Shown here: piece by piece, positions 1-12,382 of the stretch
How positions within the stretch are numbered: the stretch's first letter is position 1
Layout: each line of letters opens with the position of its first letter
NCBI GenBank assembly: GCA_037189525.1
Contig: JBBCJC010000005.1
Span: forward strand, 704,001-768,000
From: Gemmatimonadales bacterium
GTDB lineage: Bacteria; Gemmatimonadota; Gemmatimonadetes; Gemmatimonadales; GWC2-71-9
Reading direction: 5' to 3'
DNA length: 64,000 nucleotides
Made by a program: the position numbers and the translations under genes
The notes under the pieces: model-generated
Database searches by the model: none
What the model saw: only the letters and a program-made list of their open reading frames with translations
What the model was told of the DNA's origin: nothing

Positions 1-2
1 GG

Positions 3-1253
3 GCCGCCACACGGTGGGTCCTGGGCGGCGCGGGTGGACCGAAGACGGTGCAGGTATCCGTGAGCGCCGGCGTGAGCGGCACGGTCACGGCCAGCGGGTA
101 CATCGAGTTCGCCACCATCTCGGGCGGCGGCCGCAGCACCTGCGCAATCGACGAGGGCGGGGTGCTCTACTGCTGGGGCTTCAACGGCGATGGCCAGCTG
201 GGCATCGGTACCGGACCTGCCGGCGCCGGACCCACGTACTCGGTGCCACAATCCGTGGCCCCGGTCACCAACCAGACCTTCATCTCGCTCAACGGCGGCC
301 GCTTCCACAACTGCGCCGTGACGTTCTCCCACATCGGCTATTGCTGGGGCGACAACGCCAACAGCCAGGCGGGCCTCCCGCCCACCCGATCGGTCTTCAC
401 GCCGACCCAGGTGAGCATCACCGTCCCCTTCGTCACGATCTCGGCCGGCCGCGTCCACAGCTGCGGCATCTCGATCGGCGGACGCGCCTACTGCTGGGGC
501 GATAACGAGCGGGGCCAGCTGGGCGGCAACGTCGCCATCGACACGACCAAAGGCAGCGTCACCTTCCTCTCGGCCAGCGGCCCCGTCGAGGTCGGTACCC
601 AGGACAACGGCGACTACTACCCCGGCTATCCAGGGCAAACGGCCCTCGACTTCAAGTCGATCGCCGCGGGCGGCGTCCACACCTGCGCGGTCAACCGCGG
701 CGGGATCGCCTACTGCTGGGGCTTGGGCCGCGAGGGCCAGTGGGGTAACGGCGGCAACGGCCTCAACCGCTATATCCCGGGGCCGGTGATCGCGAGCGCT
801 GAGTTCGATTCCATTACCGCCGGCTACGCACATACCTGCGCCCGGTCGACCTCCGGCGCCGTCCACTGCTGGGGCGATAACAGCGCCGGCCAGCTGGGCA
901 ACGGCGGCAACGCCAACAGCAGCCTGCCTGTGGTTGCCGGAGGAGGGCTGCAGTTCAGCGCCGTCAGCGCGGGCTATAGCCATACCTGCGCCCTCGCGGC
1001 CGGCGGCACTGCCTTCTGCTGGGGCAACAATAGTCGGGGCCAGCTGGGCAACGGCTCGACCGTCAGCCAGAATCTCCCCGTCGCAGTCGAAGGCGGCCTG
1101 TCGTTCGTCAATATCTCCGCGGGTGACTTCCATACCTGCGGCGTCACGGTCGAAGGCACCGCCTATTGCTGGGGAGATAACGAGTACGGCGCACTGGGCG
1201 ACGGAACACTGGCCCATCGCGCAGTACCCACGCGGGTTCGTTTCCAACGCTAG
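3..1253 (+). CDS. RCC1/BLIP-II repeat beta-propeller protein, 5'-truncated by the window edge
   Basis: About 7 repeats of (S/A)AGxxHxCx6-G-x-A-YCWGxNxxGQLG. The frame is open from position 3 (AATRWVLGGAGGPKTVQ...), so the true start lies upstream of the window. Confidence 0.9.
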   Translation, partial: AATRWVLGGAGGPKTVQVSVSAGVSGTVTASGYIEFATISGGGRSTCAIDEGGVLYCWGFNGDGQLGIGTGPAGAGPTYSVPQSVAPVTNQTFISLNGGRFHNCAVTFSHIGYCWGDNANSQAGLPPTRSVFTPTQVSITVPFVTISAGRVHSCGISIGGRAYCWGDNERGQLGGNVAIDTTKGSVTFLSASGPVEVGTQDNGDYYPGYPGQTALDFKSIAAGGVHTCAVNRGGIAYCWGLGREGQWGNGGNGLNRYIPGPVIASAEFDSITAGYAHTCARSTSGAVHCWGDNSAGQLGNGGNANSSLPVVAGGGLQFSAVSAGYSHTCALAAGGTAFCWGNNSRGQLGNGSTVSQNLPVAVEGGLSFVNISAGDFHTCGVTVEGTAYCWGDNEYGALGDGTLAHRAVPTRVRFQR

Positions 1254-1283
1254 AAGGCCAACGGAACTGACGCGAGGCCGGGA

Positions 1284-3716
<2,433 letters not shown>

Positions 3717-3810
3717 CGGCCGGCGGTGTGCAAGCCGCCGCCCCTGACGCATCTCCCCTTCCGTCCACGTCGGCATTAGCCTCTCTCCGATCAGGAGCCG
3801 CCCCGATCGC

Positions 3811-4311
3811 ATGACGGAATACGTCGCCGAACTCTACCTCCAATACCACGCCTCCCTGGTGCGGATGCTCCATCGCCGCACGGGAGACCGGGAACGCGCC
3901 GAAGAACTGGCGCAGGAGGTGTTCGCCCGGGCCGTTGCCGCGCCGCCCCGCAATCCGCGGCCGTGGCTCTTTGCGGTGGCGCTCAATCTGGTGCGGGAGG
4001 AAGGCCGCCGCGCCGTGCGCCAGGGGCGCCGCCTCGAGTTGTATCGCGATGAGCAACCAACCAGCGCGCCGATGCCGGACGAAGAGTTGCTCCGCGAGGA
4101 GAAGGTGAGCAAAGTCCGCGAGGCGCTTGCTACTCTATCCGAGCGCGATCGCGAAGCGCTGTTGCTGCAGGCCGAAGGATTCAGCTACGACGAAATCGCC
4201 GAGGCGACGGGATTGGCTCGCGGCGCGGTGGGTACGACGCTCTCGCGCGCCCGGCGCCGCCTGGTCGAGAGTTATCGGGAACGGGAAGGACGGCACGATG
4301 TCGCATCTTGA
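3811..4311 (+). CDS. ECF RNA polymerase sigma-70 factor
   Basis: AEELAQEVF and WLFAVALN (region 2); LSERDREALLL and GFSYDEIAE...GTTLSRARRRL (region 4); AGGAG upstream. Confidence 0.92.
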   Translation: MTEYVAELYLQYHASLVRMLHRRTGDRERAEELAQEVFARAVAAPPRNPRPWLFAVALNLVREEGRRAVRQGRRLELYRDEQPTSAPMPDEELLREEKVSKVREALATLSERDREALLLQAEGFSYDEIAEATGLARGAVGTTLSRARRRLVESYREREGRHDVAS

Positions 4312-5389
4312 TGAGGGAACCCTCCACGCCCTGCTCGACGGCGAGGTGCCCTCGGCCGACCTGTCCGCGGTCGAACGACACCTGGCCAATTGCCGCGAGT
4401 GTCAGGTGCGACTGGAAGAGGCGCGCGCCTTTCGGAATGAGGCCTTCGGGCTGATCGAGACCCTCGACGAAGCGGTGCACCGGGAACCGGTCGGCGCCTC
4501 GGCGAATCGTGACATGTTCTTCGAGTCTCCCGACCCCGCATCGTCGCTGCGGGAGACGGCTCCCGTGAGTCCCGCTCCGGCTCCGGCTGCGAAGCGAGCG
4601 GCCTCCGGGTCCGAGCAGACGGGTGGCCGGACCATCCCGCCGGTTCGCCCATGGGTGCGCTGGGGACGACCGCTCTCCTGGGCGGCGACGATCGTCGTAG
4701 CAGTGGGTTTGGGCTACACCTGGCGCGGTCGCAGTGGTCCGGACCAGACAAGTCCGGCGGCGGTCTCCGAGCGGGTAGCGGCAGACACTCGTTCATTCGC
4801 CGACTCGGCTCCACGGGACGCGGCCGGCGTCGCCAATCCGGTGGAGCCACAGGCGCAGCTTCGCGCTACGCCCTCTGAGCCGGCAGCGCCGCCACCCGCT
4901 CGGCCCGAAGCACGTGCGGTGCCGCGGCAGGAATCCGCCCAGCCGCCGGTAGCAACGTCGTCAGCTGCGGACCGGGACGTGGCCAAAGCAGCGGCTGCAC
5001 CTGCGCCGGCGCCTCGCGCTGCGGAATCGCCCGCCCTCAATCGGATGGCGGCGGCCCGCGCACGCACCGGTGATACGACCCGGTTGCTCCCGATCGAGCG
5101 GCCCATTGCCCTGTCGGAAGTGATCACCACCGGGGTTACCTCGCGGCCGCCCTCGATCTCGGCCGACTCGGCCATCCGCCTGCTGGGCGGGTCTCTCCGC
5201 CTGATCGAAGGATGGAACCCGGACCGGTATGAGTTGGTGGACTCGACCGTACGTGTCGTCTATCGGACGCCCTATGGAGAGGTTGCCCTGGAGCAGTGGC
5301 AGACCGACCGCGCCGTCGGCCATCAGCTGGTCACGCCGCCGTCGGCGCCGAGCGATTCGGTTGCTGCGTGGCGGAGCCGGATCAGATAA
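4298..5389 (+). CDS. Anti-sigma factor with zf-HC2 (ZAS) domain, one TM helix and a low-complexity Ala/Pro-rich region
   Basis: ATG 4298 overlaps the sigma 3' end. MSHL...LLDGE...HLANCREC is the Hx3Cx2C motif; TM segment WAATIVVAVGLGY. Confidence 0.85.
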   Translation: MSHLDEGTLHALLDGEVPSADLSAVERHLANCRECQVRLEEARAFRNEAFGLIETLDEAVHREPVGASANRDMFFESPDPASSLRETAPVSPAPAPAAKRAASGSEQTGGRTIPPVRPWVRWGRPLSWAATIVVAVGLGYTWRGRSGPDQTSPAAVSERVAADTRSFADSAPRDAAGVANPVEPQAQLRATPSEPAAPPPARPEARAVPRQESAQPPVATSSAADRDVAKAAAAPAPAPRAAESPALNRMAAARARTGDTTRLLPIERPIALSEVITTGVTSRPPSISADSAIRLLGGSLRLIEGWNPDRYELVDSTVRVVYRTPYGEVALEQWQTDRAVGHQLVTPPSAPSDSVAAWRSRIR

Positions 5390-5534
5390 TCGAGGGCATC
5401 GATTCCGGGGAAATCCCGGTAGCTGCGTGGCGAATCGCCCTAGATAGCCTGCCTCCCCGGCCCCGAGCGAGTCGGCCGCCGTCTGGCGGAATAGGATCGG
5501 GCAGCCCGAGCACACCCGGCTCCCCAAAAATCGA

Positions 5535-5576
5535 ACGGCCCGGGTTCCGAGCAAAGCGCTCCGGACCCCGGGCCGT
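5535..5576 (-). terminator. Probable intrinsic terminator of icd
   Basis: ACGGCCCGGG (5535-5544) and CCCGGGCCGT (5567-5576) form an inverted repeat, followed on the minus strand by TCGATTTTT. Confidence 0.65.
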
Positions 5577-5592
5577 CGACGTTACGAATGGC

Positions 5593-6810
5593 TCAGAGGT
5601 TGTCGACCATAGCCTGCGCAAACTCGCTGGTCTTGAGCAGCGTGGCGCCCTCCATCAGGCGATGGAAGTCATAGGTCACCCGCTTTTGCGCAATCGTCTT
5701 GTCGAGCGACGCGATGATGAGATCCGCGACCTCGGTCCAGCCCAGGTACCGGAACATCATTTCACCCGACAGGATCACCGAGCCGGGATTGACCTTGTCC
5801 TGGTTGGCGTACTTGGGCGCCGTGCCGTGGGTCGCCTCGAAAATGGCGTGCCCGGTCACGTAGTTGATGTTGGCGCCCGGAGCGATCCCGATGCCCCCGA
5901 CCTGCGCGGCAAGCGCATCGGAGATGTAATCGCCGTTCAGGTTCAACGTGGCGATCACGTCGTACTCCGCCGGCCGGGTCAGGATCTGCTGCAGGAAGGC
6001 GTCGGCAATCACGTCCTTGATCACGATGCCGCCGGGCAGTTCGAGCCACGGGCCGCCATCGATCTCCTTGCCGCCGTACTCCTGGCGGGCAAGTTCATAG
6101 CCCCAGTCCCGGAAGCCACCCTCGGTGAACTTCATGATGTTCCCCTTGTGCACCAGGGTCACACTCTTCCGGCCGTTGGCAATGGCGTAGTCGATCGCCG
6201 CGCGCACCAGGCGCTTGGTGCCCTCTTCTGACACCGGCTTGATGCCGAGCGAACTGGTTTCGGGAAAGCGGATACTCTTGACACCCAAGTCTTTGATCAG
6301 GAAATCCCGCAGCTTGGCCGCCTCGGGCGTCCCCGCCCGATACTCGATCCCGGCGTAGATGTCCTCCGTGTTCTCGCGGAAGATCACCATGTCGACATCC
6401 TGCGGCCGCTTGACCGGCGACGGTACCCCGTCGAACCAGCGCACCGGGCGAAGGCAGGCATAGAGGTCGAGTTGCTGGCGGAGTGCGACGTTGAGCGAAC
6501 GAATCCCGCCGCCCACCGGGGTCGTCAGCGGGCCCTTGATGGCCACCAGCCGCTCCCGAATGACTGAAAGCGTCTCATCCGGTAGCCAATTGTCGACCTG
6601 GTTCTTGGCCTTTTCGCCCGCGAGGACCTCGACCCAGGCAATCCGCCGCTTGGTGCCGTACGCCTTGCTCACCGCCTGATCGAACAGGTACTGCGAAGCT
6701 TTCCAGATATCGGGACCGGTTCCGTCGCCCTCGATGAACGGAATGATCGGATCGTTGGGAACGACGAGGCGGCCATCGGCCCCCATCGTGATCGAAGTAC
6801 CGGCGCTCAT
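5593..6810 (-). CDS. icd: NADP-dependent isocitrate dehydrogenase
   Basis: [62 protein letters not shown] 6810 overlaps the YceI stop (ATGA). Confidence 0.97.
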   Translation of the reverse strand: MSAGTSITMGADGRLVVPNDPIIPFIEGDGTGPDIWKASQYLFDQAVSKAYGTKRRIAWVEVLAGEKAKNQVDNWLPDETLSVIRERLVAIKGPLTTPVGGGIRSLNVALRQQLDLYACLRPVRWFDGVPSPVKRPQDVDMVIFRENTEDIYAGIEYRAGTPEAAKLRDFLIKDLGVKSIRFPETSSLGIKPVSEEGTKRLVRAAIDYAIANGRKSVTLVHKGNIMKFTEGGFRDWGYELARQEYGGKEIDGGPWLELPGGIVIKDVIADAFLQQILTRPAEYDVIATLNLNGDYISDALAAQVGGIGIAPGANINYVTGHAIFEATHGTAPKYANQDKVNPGSVILSGEMMFRYLGWTEVADLIIASLDKTIAQKRVTYDFHRLMEGATLLKTSEFAQAMVDNL

Positions 6811-7400
6811 TGGCGCACCGCCGCAACGTTGATGGTGATCTCGACGTCGTCGCCCAGCACGTTGCTGCCTTCCGCCAGGCGATTCCAACGCACGCCGTAG
6901 TCCAGGCGATTGATCGTGGTCGAAACGGAGAAGCCGATCCGCTGCTTCTGGGGCTCGGCCGGGCCGGTGATTCCGTTGTAGCTACCCTTGAGCACGACGG
7001 GCTTGGTCACCCCCCGCATGGTCAGATCACCGGTAACGGTCAGATTCTCTCCGGAGACCTCGACCTTGGTGCTCTTGAACGTAATGGCCGGGAAGCTATC
7101 CGCAGCAAAGAAATCCGGCGACCGAAGGTGCTTGTCCCGGTTCTCGTTTTTGGTGTCGATGCTGGCCGTCTGGATCGTCACTTCGACCGACCCGCCCGAA
7201 AGCTGAGCAGGATCGACGGTCAGGCCGCCGTTCCAGGAGCCGAAAGTGCCCGAAACGCGGGAGAGAATGTGACGAACCCGAAAGGTGAGTTCCGAGTGGC
7301 TGACGTCGATCTTCCAACTGACCGCCGCAGGGCGCGCAGGCGCAGGAACCGGGGGCGCACCACTCGCCACCGCGGCGACCAACAGCGCTGACAACATCAT
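6807..7400 (-). CDS. YceI family lipid/polyisoprenoid-binding protein
   Basis: Signal peptide, [46 protein letters not shown]. Start placed at ATG 7400. Confidence 0.93.
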   Translation of the reverse strand: MMLSALLVAAVASGAPPVPAPARPAAVSWKIDVSHSELTFRVRHILSRVSGTFGSWNGGLTVDPAQLSGGSVEVTIQTASIDTKNENRDKHLRSPDFFAADSFPAITFKSTKVEVSGENLTVTGDLTMRGVTKPVVLKGSYNGITGPAEPQKQRIGFSVSTTINRLDYGVRWNRLAEGSNVLGDDVEITINVAAVRQ

Positions 7401-7422
7401 ACTTCGCTTCTCCGGGAAGGTT

Positions 7423-8310
7423 TTAAGGACGTTCGATCGGGACCCGCACCGAGTTACCCCACTCGGTCCAGGAGCCGTCATAGTTACGTACTACGGGGTA
7501 ACCCAGTAAGTAAGTCAGGACGAACCAAGTATGCGAGGACCGTTCACCGATCCGGCAGTAGACGATGATGTCGTCATCCGGTACAAAGCCATGCTCCCCT
7601 TCGTAGACGGCTCGGAGCGCCTCGGCCGACTTGAAGGTGAAGGTCTCGGCATCGACCGCGCGGGCCCACGGCACGTTGGCTGCTCCGGGAATGTGACCGC
7701 CCCGCAAGGCGCCCTCGTTCGGGTAGTCGGGCATGTGCATCCGCTCGCCCCGGAACTCTTCCGGGCTTCGCACGTCGATCAGGCGGCGGCCCGCCTGCAG
7801 GTGCACCAGCACGTCGTCGCGAAAGGCGCGAATCACCGGATCACGGCGGTCGCCGATCTGGATATCACCGGCGGGGCGGACCGGCCGAGCCGTGTCGAGC
7901 GGCCGTCCCTCGGCCACCCACAGCTGTCGTCCGCCATCCATGATCCGGACATTCTCGAGCCCGAACAGACGAAAGACCCAGAAGGTGTACGTCGCCCACC
8001 AGTTGTTGCGATCGCCGTAGACGACGATCGTGTCGTCGGCGCGAATCCCCTTCCCCTGCAACAGCTGCTGCAGCCCCACGGAATCGAGATAATCCCGCAT
8101 CACACTGTCGTTGAGCTCGCTGATCCAGTCGATCTTGACGGCCCCGGGAATGTGGCCGGTCTCATAGAGCAGCAGGTCTTCGTTCGACTCCAGCAGCACC
8201 ACACGGGGGTCATCGAGATGGTCGGCCACCCACTCGGTACTGACGAGTACCTCGGGATGAGCATAGCCCCGGCTCTGGATCGCAGATTTCGTTGCCATTC
8301 CTTCTCCCAT
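7423..8310 (-). CDS. Thiosulfate sulfurtransferase (two-domain rhodanese, CysA/SseA-like)
   Basis: LVSTEW, GHIPGA twice, active loop CRIGERS, C-terminal signature NYDGSWTEW. Alternative start 8298. Confidence 0.95.
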   Translation of the reverse strand: MGEGMATKSAIQSRGYAHPEVLVSTEWVADHLDDPRVVLLESNEDLLLYETGHIPGAVKIDWISELNDSVMRDYLDSVGLQQLLQGKGIRADDTIVVYGDRNNWWATYTFWVFRLFGLENVRIMDGGRQLWVAEGRPLDTARPVRPAGDIQIGDRRDPVIRAFRDDVLVHLQAGRRLIDVRSPEEFRGERMHMPDYPNEGALRGGHIPGAANVPWARAVDAETFTFKSAEALRAVYEGEHGFVPDDDIIVYCRIGERSSHTWFVLTYLLGYPVVRNYDGSWTEWGNSVRVPIERP

Positions 8311-8371
8311 CGTCGCAGCGGAAATACGACTTTTTTTGTCGGAGTGTCAAGGGAGCCGACGCGTCGGTAGG

Positions 8372-8926
8372 TCAGCTCCCGCCAAGCAGGTCATCGAGTA
8401 CCCGGTCGACCACCTCCTTGGCTTTGCCCTCGACCACGGTCCGGAGCACGTCTGCCGCCTCCAGACCCAGATTATCCGGGTGCTGGCGATCTCGTTCGAA
8501 CCGGACGATCTGGCCGAGAAAGACCATGCCCTGGGCGCCGGAGACGCCCTCCAAGCCCTCGAATGCCTCGTCCTCGGGCTGGGGCTCGGATTCGGCCACG
8601 GCGTCCTCGAAACGGGGTACCGAGGCCGCCCATGGTTCAGCCGGTTCGGCCGCCTCCGTCTCGGGCACCGGAACCACCGCAAAGAGGCGGCATTGGAGGC
8701 CCGGCGACTCCTCCTTGGCTGCCAGAACCAAGGGCACCGGCTCGACCAGCAAAGCCTTCTCCTCGATGAAATCCGCCACCTCGGGCGGCACGGCACACCG
8801 GGCCACCATCCGATCGTTGAGGAACGTGCCGAGTCCAACCAGGCCCTCGGGAACGCGCTCGTCTTCGATACGCCGGACCGCAATCGGAATCGGCCGGTCG
8901 GTCGTCGCCAGTACCAGGTCGGTCAT
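8372..8926 (-). CDS. Hypothetical acidic protein
   Basis: ORF with host-like codon usage filling the gap, co-oriented with the downstream sulfurtransferase; no family recognised. Confidence 0.65.
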   Translation of the reverse strand: MTDLVLATTDRPIPIAVRRIEDERVPEGLVGLGTFLNDRMVARCAVPPEVADFIEEKALLVEPVPLVLAAKEESPGLQCRLFAVVPVPETEAAEPAEPWAASVPRFEDAVAESEPQPEDEAFEGLEGVSGAQGMVFLGQIVRFERDRQHPDNLGLEAADVLRTVVEGKAKEVVDRVLDDLLGGS

Positions 8927-8990
8927 ACTTGGCAATGTAAACAGGTCCTGAACAGGTTGACGCGCCTCCATCCTCGTCTACAATGGGGCC

Positions 8991-10604
8991 ATGCCACTCG
9001 GCTCAATCCAGGAATCCTTCCATCGTCCCGCCACCGGGGCGATCGAGCATCGTGTTGCCGCGACCGCGGTGGCGCTGGTGCTGGGGATCGGGACGATGGC
9101 GGCGGCCCTCGCCGTGGTGGCGTCTCCCCTGTTCGATCTGGACCGTTTCACCGTTCCCAAGGAAACCGCCCTGCTCGGATCGGCCCTGCTGGCAGGGTGC
9201 CTGATCCTCGCCCGGGTCTCGCACATTCGGCTCGGGGTCGTCGATCTGAGCCTGGCGGCAGTGGTCGCCACCAGTGCGGTCTCGGCGCTATTGGCGACCA
9301 ATCACTGGATCTCGGCTCGGAGTTTCGGGGTCATCGCCGCGGGCGCCACGGTCTTCTGGGCCAGCCGGTTCGTCGCGCAGCAGATCGGGCGGCGCTTTCT
9401 CCTGGGCCTGGTCGTCCTCGCCATCGTGGCCACCGCGTCGACCGGGCTGGCGCAGGCTTACGGCTGGTCCTCGCCGCTCTGGGCCGGTACCCGCGCACCG
9501 GGCGGCACCCTCGGTAACCGCAACTTCCTTGCGCACCTTGCGGTCATCGGGGTGCCGCTGGCCGGGTGGCTGCTGATCCGCGCGCGCCGCTGGCCCGGGG
9601 TGACCGTGGCAATGCTGGGCCTGGCCGTGTTGCCGGCCGTGATCGTGATGTCCCGCTCGCGGGCGGCCTGGGTAGGTTTGGCGGCCGTCGCTCTCTCCGC
9701 AGGCCTGACGCGCTTGATTGCCGGGCGCCAGGCGCCTGCCGTACCGCGCGGACGACGCAACCTGAGTCTGGCGGCGGTCGGGATCGGCGTCGTGGCCGCG
9801 CTGGTGCTGCCGAACCGGCTCGACTGGCGGAGCGAATCGCCCTATCGCGACTCGCTGCGGGGCGTGCTCAACTACCGGGAAGGGTCCGGCCGAGGCCGCC
9901 TGATCCAGTACCAGAACTCGCTTGGTCTGTTGCGGGCGGACCCGATACTGGGCGTAGGTCCCGGCAACTGGATGGTCGACTACCCGCTGGTCACGACCCC
10001 CGGCGACCCATCCTTTGCCGGCAACGACCCGATCCCGACCAACCCATGGCCCTCGAGCGACTGGATCGCTCTGCTCACCGAGCGCGGCATTCTTGGCGCG
10101 GTGGCCTGGCTGGCCTTCCTGGGGACGGCGCTGATCGTCCTGCTGCGGCGGGCTCGCGAAACCGATCAGACGACCGCGAGCGTGGCCGCGGTCGGTGTGA
10201 TGGCCGCTGCCGCCAGCCAGGGAGCCTTCGACGCGGTCCTCTTACTGGCCGTGCCCACCCTGGTGACCATGATCGCGCTTGGCGCGCTCACACCCTCCAC
10301 CCGCGACATCAAGATCGTGGCACTCGTCGGACGTCGTGCGCGGGTGCTGGTGGCGTTTCTGGTTGTGATGGGCGCGCTGACCGCCAAGAGTGTCGGCCAG
10401 ATCATGGCCATCGAAACCGCGGGTACAGGGTATCCGGTCTCGGTAATGCGCGACGCGCTCCGGTACGACCCCGGCAACTATCGGCTCCACCTGTTCGTCG
10501 CCGGCCGGACCCGCTGCGACATCGCGCTCCCGCATGCGCAGCGAGCCGCAGCACTCCTTCCCCACCACGCTCGCCCGAAGCAACTCCTCGGCCGCTGCGG
10601 ATAG
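8991..10604 (+). CDS. O-antigen ligase (Wzy_C)-like polytopic membrane protein
   Basis: Many TM segments; GTLGNRNFLA, SRSRAAW, PILGVGPGNW motifs. Confidence 0.8.
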   Translation: MPLGSIQESFHRPATGAIEHRVAATAVALVLGIGTMAAALAVVASPLFDLDRFTVPKETALLGSALLAGCLILARVSHIRLGVVDLSLAAVVATSAVSALLATNHWISARSFGVIAAGATVFWASRFVAQQIGRRFLLGLVVLAIVATASTGLAQAYGWSSPLWAGTRAPGGTLGNRNFLAHLAVIGVPLAGWLLIRARRWPGVTVAMLGLAVLPAVIVMSRSRAAWVGLAAVALSAGLTRLIAGRQAPAVPRGRRNLSLAAVGIGVVAALVLPNRLDWRSESPYRDSLRGVLNYREGSGRGRLIQYQNSLGLLRADPILGVGPGNWMVDYPLVTTPGDPSFAGNDPIPTNPWPSSDWIALLTERGILGAVAWLAFLGTALIVLLRRARETDQTTASVAAVGVMAAAASQGAFDAVLLLAVPTLVTMIALGALTPSTRDIKIVALVGRRARVLVAFLVVMGALTAKSVGQIMAIETAGTGYPVSVMRDALRYDPGNYRLHLFVAGRTRCDIALPHAQRAAALLPHHARPKQLLGRCG

Positions 10605-10612
10605 TCCGCGGC

Positions 10613-10840
10613 TCAGTGTCGTCGCTTGCCGGGCGACTCGCCGCCCCGCTCCGCCTGAGCCCGCTGACGCCGCCAGGCGCGCCGCTCGGTCGCCCCCTTG
10701 CCTTGCTCCGACGCCGGGCGCTCCGCTTCGAGTGCGCGGCTGTCGCCATCGGCTTGCGGTGACGGGCGCGGTTGCCGCGCTTCTCCACTCTGGGTACGAC
10801 GAACCTTGGCGGGCGTGCGGCGTGTCTGACGGCTCGGCAT
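10613..10840 (-). CDS. Small basic, Arg-rich hypothetical protein (75 aa)
   Basis: ATG 10840 preceded by AGGAGG (10846-10851); lies in an otherwise gene-free gap. Confidence 0.55.
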   Translation of the reverse strand: MPSRQTRRTPAKVRRTQSGEARQPRPSPQADGDSRALEAERPASEQGKGATERRAWRRQRAQAERGGESPGKRRH

Positions 10841-11023
10841 GATGTCCTCCTGGTACACGGGTTCGTAAAATGCAAAGCGGGCGACACCGCCACGATCCTA
10901 TCGTGACGCCATCGCCCGCATTCTCTGGCCGCGACTTCCGACCATCAACCGGACAATTTCAGCTTACCCCGTCGAGACGACCTCGCGCAAGCGCGAATAT
11001 CGACCATTCGAGCGGAGAGCTCG

Positions 11024-11884
11024 TCAGGCCGGTCCCGTTTCGATCGGGGTATCGCTCCGGCCGCCCCATTCGGTCCATGATCCGTCATAGACGGCATAGT
11101 CCCGATGTCCGGCAACCTCGAGCCCCAAGGCGAGCGCCGCCGCCGACACACCCGATCCGCAGGTCGCGATGACCGGCTTGGTGAGATCGATGCCGATCGC
11201 TTCGAAGCGGGCCTTGAGCTCGTCCGGCGGAAGGACCTTTCCGGACGCGTCCACCACCTGCGCAAAGGGAAAGTTCTTGGCGCCGGGAATGTGCCCGCCG
11301 GCCAGCCCGGCGCGAGGCTCGGGTTCGCGCCCTTCGAACCTGCCTGCGGACCTGGCGTCGACCAGACCGAGTGAGGTGTTTCCGACGGCGGAACGAACCT
11401 GATCGAGCGAACGCACCAGATCCGGCCGCAAGGTGGCCCGGAACGAGGCGGGCGCCCGCTCGACGTCACCGGACTCCTCTGCCCGTCCTTCGGCGCGCCA
11501 GCGAGCCATTCCGCCGTCGAGCACGGCGACCCGTTCATGACCGAGCACCCGGAAATGCCACCAGGCTCGGGGGGCGCTCAGATTGACCCCGGAGCCGTCG
11601 TAAACCACCACAGCGTCGGCATTGCTCACGCCGAGCGCGGCGATCCGTTCTCCCGCCTCCTCGGGCGCCGGAAGCATGTGCGGCAACGGCGATGACGTGT
11701 CGGACATCGCTTCGAGGTCCCAGAACAGTGCGCCCGGGATGTGACCGGCCCGGTACTCACGCAGCGGATCCCGGTTCATCTGTGGCAGGTACCACGAGGC
11801 ATCGAGCACGACCAGGCCCGGCCGGCCAAGGTGCTCAGCCAACCAGTCGGTGCCAACCAGGGGAACGGGAAGAATGATGGTCAT
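11024..11884 (-). CDS. sseA: 3-mercaptopyruvate sulfurtransferase
   Basis: LDASWYLP, HIPGA, LPHML, DARSAGRFEG, active loop [15 protein letters not shown]. Start ATG 11884. Confidence 0.92.
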   Translation of the reverse strand: MTIILPVPLVGTDWLAEHLGRPGLVVLDASWYLPQMNRDPLREYRAGHIPGALFWDLEAMSDTSSPLPHMLPAPEEAGERIAALGVSNADAVVVYDGSGVNLSAPRAWWHFRVLGHERVAVLDGGMARWRAEGRAEESGDVERAPASFRATLRPDLVRSLDQVRSAVGNTSLGLVDARSAGRFEGREPEPRAGLAGGHIPGAKNFPFAQVVDASGKVLPPDELKARFEAIGIDLTKPVIATCGSGVSAAALALGLEVAGHRDYAVYDGSWTEWGGRSDTPIETGPA

Positions 11885-11934
11885 CGAAGGCCTTCCGGAT
11901 AGATTGCGGGAATGACTGAATCTGCCGAACCGCC

Positions 11935-12348
11935 ATGCCGATCGACAAGCTGATCCGACGCTTTCAGGCCGCCGACCGCGACACCCGCCTCGAAGCGCTG
12001 CTCGACGCGTCGCGCAAATTGCCGCCGGTGCCGGACCACCTGAACGCGGCGGCCGACCGGGAGGCACATCGGGTCACCGAATGCCAGACGCCCGTGTTTC
12101 TCTGGCTCGAACGGGAGGGCGACACCCTTCAGATCCATGCCGACGTTCCTCGGGAATCGCCCACGGTCCGCGGCTTCGTTGCCCTGCTGCTCCGGGAGCT
12201 CCACGGCGCCCCTCTAGCCGACGCGCGCGACCTGCCGCCCGACCTGCTGCACCGGCTCGGGCTGGACGAAGCGCTGGGTATGCTGCGGAGCCAGGGACTC
12301 ACCGCCGTGGTGCAGCGGATCCGCCGGGGAGCCGCCCAGCTCGAGTAA
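11935..12348 (+). CDS. sufE: SufE family sulfur acceptor protein
   Basis: RVTECQTPVF with the acceptor Cys, ESPTVRGF, LGL...LGMLRSQGL. Confidence 0.85.
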   Translation: MPIDKLIRRFQAADRDTRLEALLDASRKLPPVPDHLNAAADREAHRVTECQTPVFLWLEREGDTLQIHADVPRESPTVRGFVALLLRELHGAPLADARDLPPDLLHRLGLDEALGMLRSQGLTAVVQRIRRGAAQLE

Positions 12349-12382
12349 CCCCGCGCGGCCGATCAAAGCGTCGCCAACCTGC

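Noticed and set aside
48..1253. Periodic nucleotide repeats (TGCTGGGGC...CAGCTGGGC) as a CRISPR array or DNA repeat element
   Set aside because: They are the coding consequence of RCC1 protein repeats; there is no constant repeat-spacer structure and no cas gene.
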